The notes: generated by a model not told the origin, from the letters alone. DNA of 32,000 nt from Gemmata obscuriglobus (GCF_008065095.1 NZ_CP042911.1:3780001-3812000); one strand, 5' to 3'; shown: positions 14,852 to 23,421, numbered from the stretch's first letter. Numbers and translations are program-made.

Positions 14852-17407
14852 TCAGTTGTTGGGCGTTCCGAACCCGGTGAGCTTAACCGAACGGATGTGG
14901 AGGCGGTTCTCGGCGCCGACCGCGAGCGCGTCCACCTGACACCGCAACGGGCTGGTCCCGCGCGTCACCACCACTTCGACCGTTTTCCAGCTCCCGTTCG
15001 AGTTCGGGAGGAGCGTGCGACCGATCCATTTGCGGTCGTCGAGGTTCTGGAAGTATGCGGCCCCGTGCCCGGTTCCGGTGGTGCGGTAGGTGACCTCGAG
15101 CCGCAGGTGCTCGCCCCTCGCGAACGCCAAACCCATCTCGTCCTTCTCTTCGAGCCGGAAGGCGATCTGGGCCGAAACCGGTTCGTTCAAGTTGGTGAAC
15201 CCGATGGTGCGAGCGCCCGCGATGGTGCCGCCGCGCCACGTGCTCACCGTGTCGGGCTTCCACGCACCCAAGGTGACGCCCTTCAACTTGAGATCCGGGT
15301 CCGTGCCTGCGGTGGTGGTGTGCCCGCGCTTCGTCATGTCGAAGCCGGGCAGGAGATCGGCCGACCAGTTGACCCACTCGCGACCGGTTTCGGCCGGGTT
15401 CGGTTCCACAACCGTGATGTTCCCGAGGTAGAGCGTTCCGGCGGGGTCACTGTTGTGGAACTCGAGCAGCCCGCCGCTCGCGCCGCGCAGGTCGATTAAC
15501 CGCTCCTCCGTCCGCCACCCGGTGCCGACGGCCGGCCGGACCACCTCCCACGCCGGACGCGCGTCGTCGGGTTTGAATTTGATCGTTACCGCCTTGTCGC
15601 GCACCGGGGCCGCGTACTCGACCTTCAACCGCACAACTGCCGAGGGCGCGTCGAGCCGCGCGCTGAAGAGCATCGCCGACCCCGGGCCGCTGGCGGTCCG
15701 CAACCCGACCGCCGGCCGCGCGTCGTGGACCGTGGTGAACAGCTCCATCTCGGAGTCCTTGTTCCAGCACCGCGCGGACCAGTCCGGTGGCAGCGTCCCG
15801 TCGCCCGACCGTGTGACGAGGAACGGCGCTTTCTTGTTCGCGTCCGCCGGATCGACCTTCAGCCCGACGCGCTCCACGAAGGGCTTGAGGTCCGCGGGGG
15901 CGAGCGCGGCGCGAAGGTGCTCCGTACCGGCGACCGAAGGTGTCGTTTTTGGAGCCGGGGACGTCTTCGGAGGCGTCGCCAATTGCTGCGGGGCCGGCTG
16001 AACGTTCGGGGCAACCTCATGCGCGGGCGCCGGCGAACGGGTGGCTCGGTCCGACGGTTTCTCCCCACCGGTTCCCAGCCACACCGCGACGCCTGCGGCC
16101 ACGAGAAGACCCGCCGCGAGCGCCGCAACCACCAGCCGCCGGCGCCGCCGCGGCTCCCATTTGCCCGGAGCCCGCGCGGGCGCGGGGCTGTCGCGCATCG
16201 TGTCGCCGGCACTCAGCTCGACCGTTCCCGCGGTCGCCCCGGAGGGGTCGTCGACGATGTGTGACGAAGCCGGATCGCCGGACGCCGCGGCCCCCAGCAC
16301 CGCGCTGCTGGGGCTCACGCGCGCGAGAACGGGGGCGCTCTTCCCCTGGTTGGTGTGCGCCAGTGCCGCGGCGACCCGCTCGCTGTTCTCGGTCCACGGC
16401 GCGAGCGCCGCAACGACTTCCACACCGCTCTGGTATCGGTCGGACGGTTTCTTGGCCAGCATCCGAGCCACCACCGCCGTCAGTTGCGGCGGCAGGTCGG
16501 GGCGGATGCTGGCGAGCGGGGCGGCGGCGCGGAGCTGGTGCTGCATCAGCTTCTGGGTGGTGTTGCCGTCGAACGGCGGCCGGCCGGCCAGGAGCGTGTA
16601 GAGCGTCGCGCCCAGGCTGTAAATGTCGGCGCGGCCGTCGGTGTGCGGGCTGTTGATGGCCTGTTCGGGAGCGATGAAATCGGCGGTCCCGACCACCGCC
16701 CCGCGGTCGAGCAGCTCGGTGAGTTTGTCCTGTTCGTCGCCGGACCGGGCCAGCCCCATGTCCAGCACCTTCACCACGCCCTCGCGGTTGCGAATCAGGT
16801 TGCCGGGCTTGATGTCGCGGTGGATGAACCCGCGCTCGTGCGCGTGCTGGAGCCCGGCCGCGGCCTGGGCGACGCACTCGGCCGCCAGCGCGACCGGCAT
16901 CGCGCCCTCGCGGTCCACGTACTGCTGAAGCGTCTCGCCGTCCACGTGCTCCATCACCAGACAGTAGGTGTTCTGGTAGTTCAGCACGTCGAACACGCGG
17001 ACGATGTTCGGGTGGTCCAGCGCGCCGGCCGCCCGGCCCTCGCGCAGGAACCGCTCGACCGACAGTTGCGCGCCCTCGCCCTTGACCGGCGCCAGGATCT
17101 TGATCGCCGCCTTGCGCCGCAGCTCGTGACGGTCTGCGAGGTACACGGCGCCCATCCCGCCGCGCCCGAGCAGGTCCAGGATGACATACGGCCCGATCCG
17201 GAACCCTTTGTGGCGCCCGGCGAGCAGTTGGGAGGACTGAAATTTGGTGAGGAAGCCGCGCTGGATCAGCGCCGCGGCGGCGGACTGCGGGTCGGCCGGG
17301 AGCGCATCGTGGGCCGGCAGCTCTGCGACCCGAGCCGGAGACAGAATGCCGCTCTTGCGGATCAGTGCCAGCAGATCGGCAACAGAGATCGGGGCGATGG
17401 CTGCCAT
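14852..17407 (-). CDS. Serine/threonine protein kinase with single TM helix and large C-terminal extracytoplasmic region
   Basis: Hanks kinase motifs are present: GRGGMGAVYLA, AIK, HRDIKPGNLI, DMGLAR, APE. The TM segment is LVVAALAAGLLVAAGVAVWL. About 400 aa of non-kinase C-terminal sequence follows. Confidence 0.9.
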   Translation of the reverse strand: MAAIAPISVADLLALIRKSGILSPARVAELPAHDALPADPQSAAAALIQRGFLTKFQSSQLLAGRHKGFRIGPYVILDLLGRGGMGAVYLADRHELRRKAAIKILAPVKGEGAQLSVERFLREGRAAGALDHPNIVRVFDVLNYQNTYCLVMEHVDGETLQQYVDREGAMPVALAAECVAQAAAGLQHAHERGFIHRDIKPGNLIRNREGVVKVLDMGLARSGDEQDKLTELLDRGAVVGTADFIAPEQAINSPHTDGRADIYSLGATLYTLLAGRPPFDGNTTQKLMQHQLRAAAPLASIRPDLPPQLTAVVARMLAKKPSDRYQSGVEVVAALAPWTENSERVAAALAHTNQGKSAPVLARVSPSSAVLGAAASGDPASSHIVDDPSGATAGTVELSAGDTMRDSPAPARAPGKWEPRRRRRLVVAALAAGLLVAAGVAVWLGTGGEKPSDRATRSPAPAHEVAPNVQPAPQQLATPPKTSPAPKTTPSVAGTEHLRAALAPADLKPFVERVGLKVDPADANKKAPFLVTRSGDGTLPPDWSARCWNKDSEMELFTTVHDARPAVGLRTASGPGSAMLFSARLDAPSAVVRLKVEYAAPVRDKAVTIKFKPDDARPAWEVVRPAVGTGWRTEERLIDLRGASGGLLEFHNSDPAGTLYLGNITVVEPNPAETGREWVNWSADLLPGFDMTKRGHTTTAGTDPDLKLKGVTLGAWKPDTVSTWRGGTIAGARTIGFTNLNEPVSAQIAFRLEEKDEMGLAFARGEHLRLEVTYRTTGTGHGAAYFQNLDDRKWIGRTLLPNSNGSWKTVEVVVTRGTSPLRCQVDALAVGAENRLHIRSVKLTGFGTPNN

Positions 17408-17529
17408 AGGCCGGTCGGTTCCAGAGCAAGGAACGGGCGACTTGACACCCTACCAGCGGGCGCGGCGATCCAACATAGAACACAAACACGTATCGTGCGA
17501 GGGGAAACGCGAGTAAAGCGAAATGCGAA

Positions 17530-18156
17530 CTATTCGCCCCCCGTTTCTCCCCACCGGCGGACCAACCCGTGCGCCACGCCGAGTTGGTCGCAGACCCGGC
17601 CCACGACAAAATCCACCATGTCTTCGATTCGCTCCGGTCGCGTGTAGAACGCGGGCATCGCGGGCAGCACGACGGCCCCGGCCTCGGTGACCGTGACCAT
17701 GTTGCGCAGCGCGATCAGCCCGAGGGGCGTTTCGCGGGGCACCAGCACCAGCTTGCGGCGCTCTTTCAGGTGAACGTCGGCGGCGCGGTGGATCACGTTC
17801 TCCGACACCCCGTGCGCGACCGCGGCCAGCGTTCCCAAACTGCACGGGCAGATCGCCATCCCGCCGGTCAGGAACGAACCGCTCGCGATCCCGGCCCGGA
17901 AATCGCGGAAGTGGTGATACCGGAGCTGTGACAGGTCCAACCCGTTCCCGCGTGCCCCGAGCAGTGCCGCCGGGTCGAACGCGCCCGGGGCCAGGGCGAC
18001 GGTGCGGCCCGATTCGGTTTCCAGCACCTCGACCGCGGCCGGGCTGATCGTGAGGTGAACCGTGCGCCCGGCGCGGAGCAGCACCTCGACCAGGCGCAGC
18101 CCGTAAGGCGACCCGCTCGCTCCCGTGAACGCTACAACCAAGTCCGACGCGGCCAT
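17530..18156 (-). CDS. ubiX: Flavin prenyltransferase UbiX
   Basis: The ATG is at 18156. The product carries VVAFTGASGSPYGLRLVEVLL, ICPCSLGTLAAVAHG and LVLVPRETPL. Size is about 208 aa. Confidence 0.9.
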   Translation of the reverse strand: MAASDLVVAFTGASGSPYGLRLVEVLLRAGRTVHLTISPAAVEVLETESGRTVALAPGAFDPAALLGARGNGLDLSQLRYHHFRDFRAGIASGSFLTGGMAICPCSLGTLAAVAHGVSENVIHRAADVHLKERRKLVLVPRETPLGLIALRNMVTVTEAGAVVLPAMPAFYTRPERIEDMVDFVVGRVCDQLGVAHGLVRRWGETGGE

Positions 18157-18241
18157 GAACGCCTCCGGTCCCGAACTCCCTTCCAATCCTACCGTTTCGG
18201 ACGCACAATGGGTAACAGGGTCCGTACCGTTTGGGGGCGTC

Positions 18242-19636
18242 ATGCGCACCGCCGTCACCGTCGTTCTCGTCGCCCTTGGCTCTGCGGCGGCTCAACCGGA
18301 GGGGCCGGCCGCCGGGCTGTCCAAGTGGCCGTTCGACGAGGTCACGCTCGCCAACGGGTCGAAGCTGGAAGGGCTGATCCTGTACGAACTGCCCGACGGG
18401 ATCGAGTTCCGTTCGGTGTCGCGCCCGCCCGGCCGCCCGACGGTCACGCTGACCAGCTTCCTGAGCAAGGCCGAGGTCGCCCGGGTTCGGAAGATGACCG
18501 ACCAGGAGCGGGCGTTCCTGAAGGAGAAGCTCGCGGAACTCGACCCGAGCGGGGAAGGGGAGCGGCGGCGGATGGAGTCGCTCGAACTGGTCCCCGCGGA
18601 CTGGCCCGAGAAGCCCCGGGCCGCGAAGCTGTACGACTCCGATTACTTCACGCTGGTGAGCACCGGGACCGAGGAGTTCACCCGTCGCTCGGCGGTGCGG
18701 CTCGAACAGATATACACCGCGTTCGCGCGGTTCCTGCCGCCGACCGTGAAGACCGCCCGGCCCACGCAAATCATGCTCGCGACCGATCCGGAGGAGTACC
18801 GTGCGATCCTGGGTGGGGCGAAAGTCCTGAACCCGGCGGTGTACGATGCGACCCGTAACCGGGTGCTGTGCGGCAGCGATCTGACCACGCTCGGGAACGA
18901 ACTCCAGTCGGCGCGCGTTCATCACGCCCAGCAGCTCGCGGGGCTGGACCGGTACGAAACCGGCGTGCGCAAACTGTACCGGGGGGACGAACTGGGCCGG
19001 CACCTCCGGGCGATCGAGGTCGAGCGGAAGCGGGTGTTCGTGGCGGAAGCCAACAACGGGTACAAGTTCGACACCGCGACCGGGAAGCTGCTCTTCGCCC
19101 TCCTGTACCACGAGGCGTTTCACGCCTACGTGTCCACGTTCGTGTACCCGCCGCTCAAGCCGGCCCAGGTGAAAGCCGGGGAGGGCACCGGCGAACTCCC
19201 GCGGTGGCTCAACGAGGGGCTCGCCCAGGTGTTCGAAACAGCGGTGGTCGAGGCCGGCGAACTCCGCGCCGACCACCCGGATAAGGAACGACTGCAGCGC
19301 GCGAAGGACTGGCTGAAGGGCAAGGACGGCGGTGCGCTCGTGCCGCTCGGGAGCATCCTGGTGACCGGCCGTGATGCGTTCCTGGCGTCACACGCGGACC
19401 AGAAGGCGGCTTCCGACCGGGCGTATCTCTCGTCCTGGGCTCTGGCCCACTACCTGACCTTCGACCGCCGCCTGATCGGCACCAAAGCGTTCAACGACTA
19501 CCTCGCGGCCGTGAACAGCGGCGACGATCCGAAGCAGGCGTTTGCGGCGCTCGTGGGTAAGGATCTGGACGCGTTCGAGAAGGACTGGCACACCTACCTG
19601 GCCCGTCTACAACCGAACGGCACGCTGACCAAATAG
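18242..19636 (+). CDS. Secreted DUF1570-like / peptidase-MA-like (gluzincin HExxH...E) protein
   Basis: The ATG at 18242 gives the signal peptide MRTAVTVVLVALGSAAAQ. The motif LYHEAFHAY is followed about 30 aa later by WLNEGLAQVFE. Confidence 0.7.
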   Translation: MRTAVTVVLVALGSAAAQPEGPAAGLSKWPFDEVTLANGSKLEGLILYELPDGIEFRSVSRPPGRPTVTLTSFLSKAEVARVRKMTDQERAFLKEKLAELDPSGEGERRRMESLELVPADWPEKPRAAKLYDSDYFTLVSTGTEEFTRRSAVRLEQIYTAFARFLPPTVKTARPTQIMLATDPEEYRAILGGAKVLNPAVYDATRNRVLCGSDLTTLGNELQSARVHHAQQLAGLDRYETGVRKLYRGDELGRHLRAIEVERKRVFVAEANNGYKFDTATGKLLFALLYHEAFHAYVSTFVYPPLKPAQVKAGEGTGELPRWLNEGLAQVFETAVVEAGELRADHPDKERLQRAKDWLKGKDGGALVPLGSILVTGRDAFLASHADQKAASDRAYLSSWALAHYLTFDRRLIGTKAFNDYLAAVNSGDDPKQAFAALVGKDLDAFEKDWHTYLARLQPNGTLTK

Positions 19637-19675
19637 GGCCTCAGCAGGAAACACACTTGCCACGCGCTGAGGTGC

Positions 19676-19695
19676 TGCCGGCCGCACGGCCGGCA
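19676..19695 (+). terminator. Candidate terminator hairpin after the DUF1570-like gene
   Basis: TGCCGGCC (19676-19683) and GGCCGGCA (19688-19695) form a perfect 8-bp stem with loop GCAC. ATTTTCC follows a few nt downstream. A second hairpin, CCTCAGC/GCTGAGG, lies at 19639-19672. Confidence 0.35.
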
Positions 19696-19944
19696 CATCG
19701 AGCATTTTCCGGACTCCTGTCTTGCTCAGAACAGCAACTTGCGCCCGGGCAAAGCACGTGCGATTCGGTAGTAGCGATCAACCAGCGAAAGACAGAGCAG
19801 CCAGTCGGTGCCCAGCCGGTGAACGGACCTCGGCAGCATTTGAAGCTGGAATAAACAGCTCACCTGTACCGCCACCGTCGGATAAACCGTGCGTCACAAT
19901 TCAGACGCCGTTTGTCAGGGCAGCGCCGAGTTCGTGGTGCGTTG

Positions 19945-20511
19945 CTACCCCAGGGCGACCAACTCGCCGCCCTCGAATCGCAGCCGCCCCGACTCCAGAT
20001 CCGCGGCGTACCCCTCCAGGTACGCCCGCCAGCTCGGGGCCACGACCTCTACCGGCCCGACCTCATGGCAGAAATAGATCACCTGACCCGACACGCCGCC
20101 GGAGGCCGGGTCCAGGTCGATGCACAGGTGGTCGCCGCCTCCGTCCCACGTGACGGGCACCCACCCGCGACACCACCACTGCGCCCGGACGGGGCCGCGC
20201 GGGTCGGCCCGCCGGTCATCGAAGGAGCCATCCTCCCACCATCCGAGCCACATCTCGCGGTCGCGCACCACCGCGTCGAGCGAGAGTAGCGGCACGTCGA
20301 TCAGGCCCATGGTTCGGTGCGCCAGAACGTCCGCATCGCCGCTGCCGTTGTGGACCGCGTAGGACTCACGTACGTCGACCGGCAGCGTGACGCCCAACCG
20401 GGTCTCGGCATCGGCGATGACCTCGGGCGTTGCTCCGCCAGCGAGGACGGCGAGCCGATCCGGGGCCGAAGCCCTCAGCGCCGCCTTGATGCGTGCCCAC
20501 AGCTTTCGCAC
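19945..20511 (-). CDS. SMI1/KNR4 (SUKH-1) family protein
   Basis: EVIADAETRLGVTLPVDVRESYAVHNGSG matches the N-terminal SMI1_KNR4 pattern. Later, GGGDHLCIDLD...VIYFCHEVGPVEVVAPSWRAYLE matches the C-terminal pattern. Confidence 0.75.
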   Translation of the reverse strand: MRKLWARIKAALRASAPDRLAVLAGGATPEVIADAETRLGVTLPVDVRESYAVHNGSGDADVLAHRTMGLIDVPLLSLDAVVRDREMWLGWWEDGSFDDRRADPRGPVRAQWWCRGWVPVTWDGGGDHLCIDLDPASGGVSGQVIYFCHEVGPVEVVAPSWRAYLEGYAADLESGRLRFEGGELVALG

Positions 20512-20568
20512 CTTGAGGCCTCCGGAGCCGAACCCCCGTTACCGCGCCGCGAACCGCGAACGGTGGGC

Positions 20569-21399
20569 TCATTTGCCGCGGTCTTCGCCCTTGCGGCCGT
20601 CGGCCGACTGGTGCGGTGCCGGCTCCTGCGCCCGGATGCCGAACTCCTGTTCGGCGGCGCCGTCGTGTTGCGGCCCTTCGGCGGGCGGCTTCTCGGAGTG
20701 CCGGCCGGTCACCGTGTCCACCACCTTCTCGACCGCGTGCGCCGCCGCCACCGCGGGCTTCGCGATGATGCCGGGCACGTGCGGCGCCTCGCCGGTCGAG
20801 ATGCCCCGGCTCAGCACGTACTTCTGGATCAGCGCCCCGGCGATCCCGGACAGGATGGCGACGACCACCAGCGGCTTGTACTCGTTGATCTTGTTGAAGA
20901 TGTACAGCACCTGGTCGGTGAGGAAGTACGAGAGCCAAAACATGATGTTGACCAGCGGGATCGCGTAGATCACGTCCGCCAGCATGAACCGCCCGAGCGG
21001 CACCTTCAGAACCCCCGCCATGACGAAGATCGGCCCGCGGATGCCCGGCAGCAGCCGCGCGCCGAGGAGGATCATGATGCCGCGGTCGTGGAAGTTCTTC
21101 TCGATCTGCTCGCGCTTCTCGGGCGTCACGATCCGCCGCTGCACCCAGCCCACTTGCAGCAGCCGCCGGCCCCAGATGCGGCCCACGGCGTACAGCGAGC
21201 CGTCGCCGATCACCACCCCGGCCATCAGCACCGGGAGCATGATGTACCACCGCAGCGGCGGGTCGCCGTGGCCCACCATAATGCCGGCGGTGATGACGGG
21301 CAGTTCCTCCGGGACCGGGACGACCGACGCCGACGCGATCAGCGCGGTGAACACGCCGAGGTAGTGGTAACCGGACTCGCTGAGGTGTTCGAGCATCAA
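20569..21399 (-). CDS. DedA/VTT-domain family membrane protein with extended hydrophilic C-terminus
   Basis: The sequence YLGVFTALIASASVVPVPEELPVITAGIM...GDGSLYAVGRIWGRRLL...ARLLPGIRGPIFVMAGV matches the SNARE-associated/DedA core. Confidence 0.85.
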   Translation of the reverse strand: MMLEHLSESGYHYLGVFTALIASASVVPVPEELPVITAGIMVGHGDPPLRWYIMLPVLMAGVVIGDGSLYAVGRIWGRRLLQVGWVQRRIVTPEKREQIEKNFHDRGIMILLGARLLPGIRGPIFVMAGVLKVPLGRFMLADVIYAIPLVNIMFWLSYFLTDQVLYIFNKINEYKPLVVVAILSGIAGALIQKYVLSRGISTGEAPHVPGIIAKPAVAAAHAVEKVVDTVTGRHSEKPPAEGPQHDGAAEQEFGIRAQEPAPHQSADGRKGEDRGK

Positions 21400-21475
21400 T
21401 GACTACCCGTGGGACCCGCCCGGTGCGCGCGGGCCATCAGAATCAAGTTACCACCGGCCGCGCGGCGCGGTCAGT

Positions 21476-21507
21476 GTTTTGTGTTTGGGGCTGCCGGTTT
21501 TGTGTTT
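21476..21507. promoter_or_regulatory. Two perfect 11-nt direct repeats GTTTTGTGTTT spaced 21 nt apart in a divergent intergenic region
   Basis: The copies at 21476-21486 and 21497-21507 are identical. They are AT-rich in a GC-rich context and lie between the dedA-like start (21399) and the TIM-barrel gene start (21568). Confidence 0.5.
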
Positions 21508-21567
21508 ACTCTGTGGCGGTCCGGGAGCGCGACCGGCCGGACTCCCTCCACCAACCTAATCTGCACT

Positions 21568-22392
21568 ATGAAACTCGGACTGATCAACTCGGCGTGGGCG
21601 CAGGCGGGGAAGGGCACCGCCTTCGGCATCCGGCAGACGAAGGCCATCGGGTTCGACTCCATCGACATTTTCGCCGACCCGCTCGACACCGACGCCCGGG
21701 AGCGGAAGCTGATCCGCACGGAGTGCGAGCGGGCGGGGCTGCCGGTCGTCAGCGTCGCGTGCGTCGCGGTCGGGCTGATCGACTTCAACCCGAGCGTCCA
21801 GCGGTTCCACCTGTCGCGCTGCAAGGCGTACCTGGACCTGTGCTACGAACTCGGGGCGCGGAACCTGCTGCTGGTGCTCGGCGAGTACATCTGGGAGCGG
21901 CAGGTGATCGCGCCCGCGGAGCAGTGGCGTGCCGGCGTCGAGCACCTCAAAACGCTCGGCGACTACGCCGCCGGTCTGGGGCTGGACATCGCACTGGAGT
22001 TGGAGCCGTTCAAGCTGTCGCTCTTGAACAACGTGCCCAGCATGGTCCGGTTCATTGACGACGTGGGCCACCCGGCCGTGCGGGCGAACATCGACGTTTC
22101 GCACCTGCACCTCGCCGGCTCGCGGCCCGAAGAGCTGCGCGCGCTGAAGGGCAAGGCGGTCCACGTTCACATCAGCGATTGCGACGGTAAGGTTCACGGC
22201 GACCTGCCGCCGGGCCGCGGGGTGGTCGATTTCGTGCCGTATTTGAAGGAGATCGCCGGGCTGGGCATCAGCGGGGCAATCAGCATCGAGCTGGAGTATT
22301 CGCCGGAGCCCGAAAAAATCGTCGAGTGGGTAACGGAGGCGTACCGCGCTACGGCGGATTTGCTGCAAGAGGCCGGCATCCCGCGCGAATAA
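21568..22392 (+). CDS. Sugar phosphate isomerase/epimerase (xylose isomerase-like TIM barrel) family protein
   Basis: The ATG is at 21568. The pattern GFDSIDIF...LLLVLGE...IALELEP...NIDVSHLHLAG...HVHISD...ISIELE is typical of AP_endonuc_2/xylose-isomerase-like barrels. Confidence 0.8.
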   Translation: MKLGLINSAWAQAGKGTAFGIRQTKAIGFDSIDIFADPLDTDARERKLIRTECERAGLPVVSVACVAVGLIDFNPSVQRFHLSRCKAYLDLCYELGARNLLLVLGEYIWERQVIAPAEQWRAGVEHLKTLGDYAAGLGLDIALELEPFKLSLLNNVPSMVRFIDDVGHPAVRANIDVSHLHLAGSRPEELRALKGKAVHVHISDCDGKVHGDLPPGRGVVDFVPYLKEIAGLGISGAISIELEYSPEPEKIVEWVTEAYRATADLLQEAGIPRE

Positions 22393-22439
22393 TACCCCGT
22401 GGCGGATCAGGTGTCCGGTCTGCCACTGGAGTGCCCACG

Positions 22440-23252
22440 ATGGCAGACCGTGTGATTGAAACAGACCTCCACAAACTTTCGGGTGAGTGGCAGCGCAAGG
22501 CCGGTGAAACGGCCCTGGAGGCGAAAAAGTTTCTCCAGGGGCCGCAGCGCCGCCGGTTCGAGTTCTGGCAGGCCGTGAAGATCTTTCGCGAGACCATATA
22601 CGGGTTCCGGAAGCTCCATTTCGTCGGCCCCTGCGTGACCGTCTTCGGGTCCGCGCGGTTCGACGAGCAGCACCGCTACTACCAGATGGCACGCCAGGCC
22701 GGGCGGTACCTGGCGGAGTCCGGGTTCACCGTGATGACCGGCGGCGGGCCGGGGATCATGGAGGCCGCGAACCGCGGCGCGAAGGACGTGCAGGGCCGCT
22801 CGATCGGGTGCAACATCGTGCTCCCGCACGAGCAGAAGCCGAACCCCTACGTCGATTCGTGGATCGACTTCGAGTACTTCTTCGTCCGCAAGCTGATGCT
22901 GGTGAAGTACAGCTACGCGTTCATCGTGCTGCCGGGCGGCTTCGGCACGCTCGACGAGCTGTTCGAGGTCGCGACCCTGATTCAGACGGGGAAGCTGGAG
23001 CAGTTCCCGGTGGCGCTGATGGGGGTGGACTACTGGAAGCCGCTGGTCGATCAGCTTCGGCTCATGGTGAACGAAAAGACCATCAACTCCGAAGACCTGG
23101 ACCAGCTCATCGTGTCCGACGACCCCGGCGAGGTGGTGTCCGGGGTGACGGATCTGGCGATGAAGCGGTTCGGGCTCACCTACGGGCCGGAGTGCGAGCC
23201 GAAGTGGTGGCTCGGCGAGCGCGTCGGCCGGTGGTTCCGGAGCAGGAAGTAA
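22440..23252 (+). CDS. LOG family (TIGR00730-type) nucleotide 5'-monophosphate nucleosidase-like protein
   Basis: The ATG is at 22440. The product carries VTVFGSAR, MTGGGPGIMEAANRGA and the LOG signature LPGGFGTLDELFE. Confidence 0.85.
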   Translation: MADRVIETDLHKLSGEWQRKAGETALEAKKFLQGPQRRRFEFWQAVKIFRETIYGFRKLHFVGPCVTVFGSARFDEQHRYYQMARQAGRYLAESGFTVMTGGGPGIMEAANRGAKDVQGRSIGCNIVLPHEQKPNPYVDSWIDFEYFFVRKLMLVKYSYAFIVLPGGFGTLDELFEVATLIQTGKLEQFPVALMGVDYWKPLVDQLRLMVNEKTINSEDLDQLIVSDDPGEVVSGVTDLAMKRFGLTYGPECEPKWWLGERVGRWFRSRK

Positions 23253-23340
23253 GAAGTTCTGGCGGAATGAGTTCCGCTCGGGGGACTGCAGGCCCAAGGC
23301 AAGGGGTGCGGCACCAAAGCTCACTCAAAGCGCCAGGACG

Positions 23341-23421
23341 ATTTTGACAGGATTTACAGGATAAACAGGATTTCAAGTCGATCGGCCTTCATCCGGTGAA
23401 TCCTGTCGATCCTGTCAAAAT
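23341..23421. repeat. 81-nt imperfect palindrome built from three direct ACAGGAT heptamers and three inverted copies, each set at 9-nt spacing
   Basis: ACAGGAT occurs at 23347, 23356 and 23365. The inverted copies are ATCCgGT at 23391 and ATCCTGT at 23400 and 23409. The outer 13 nt, ATTTTGACAGGAT (23341-23353) and ATCCTGTCAAAAT (23409-23421), are perfectly complementary. The element lies between convergent genes. Confidence 0.85.

Noticed and set aside
16017-17647. 530-aa and 430-aa ORFs overlapping the kinase gene
   Set aside because: The 851-aa frame has all the Hanks kinase motifs. The overlapping frames are typical GC-rich shadows.
18190-18232. 8-nt direct repeat TACCGTTT (18190-18197 and 18225-18232) in the ubiX/DUF1570 divergent spacer
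   Set aside because: The repeat is real but short. The 35-nt spacing has no obvious helical logic, and the chance expectation for one 8-mer repeat in such a region is not negligible. It is too weak to report as a finding.
17450-19276. 608-aa minus-strand ORF
   Set aside because: It overlaps both ubiX (in another frame) and the DUF1570-like gene (on the opposite strand), each with clear family motifs. Its translation is Arg/Gly/Pro-rich low-complexity sequence typical of high-GC shadow frames.
20317-21402. 361-aa plus-strand ORF and 294-aa minus ORF overlapping the DedA-family gene
   Set aside because: The DedA frame has the conserved VTT/SNARE-associated core and TM helices. The others are Arg/Asp/His-rich shadows.
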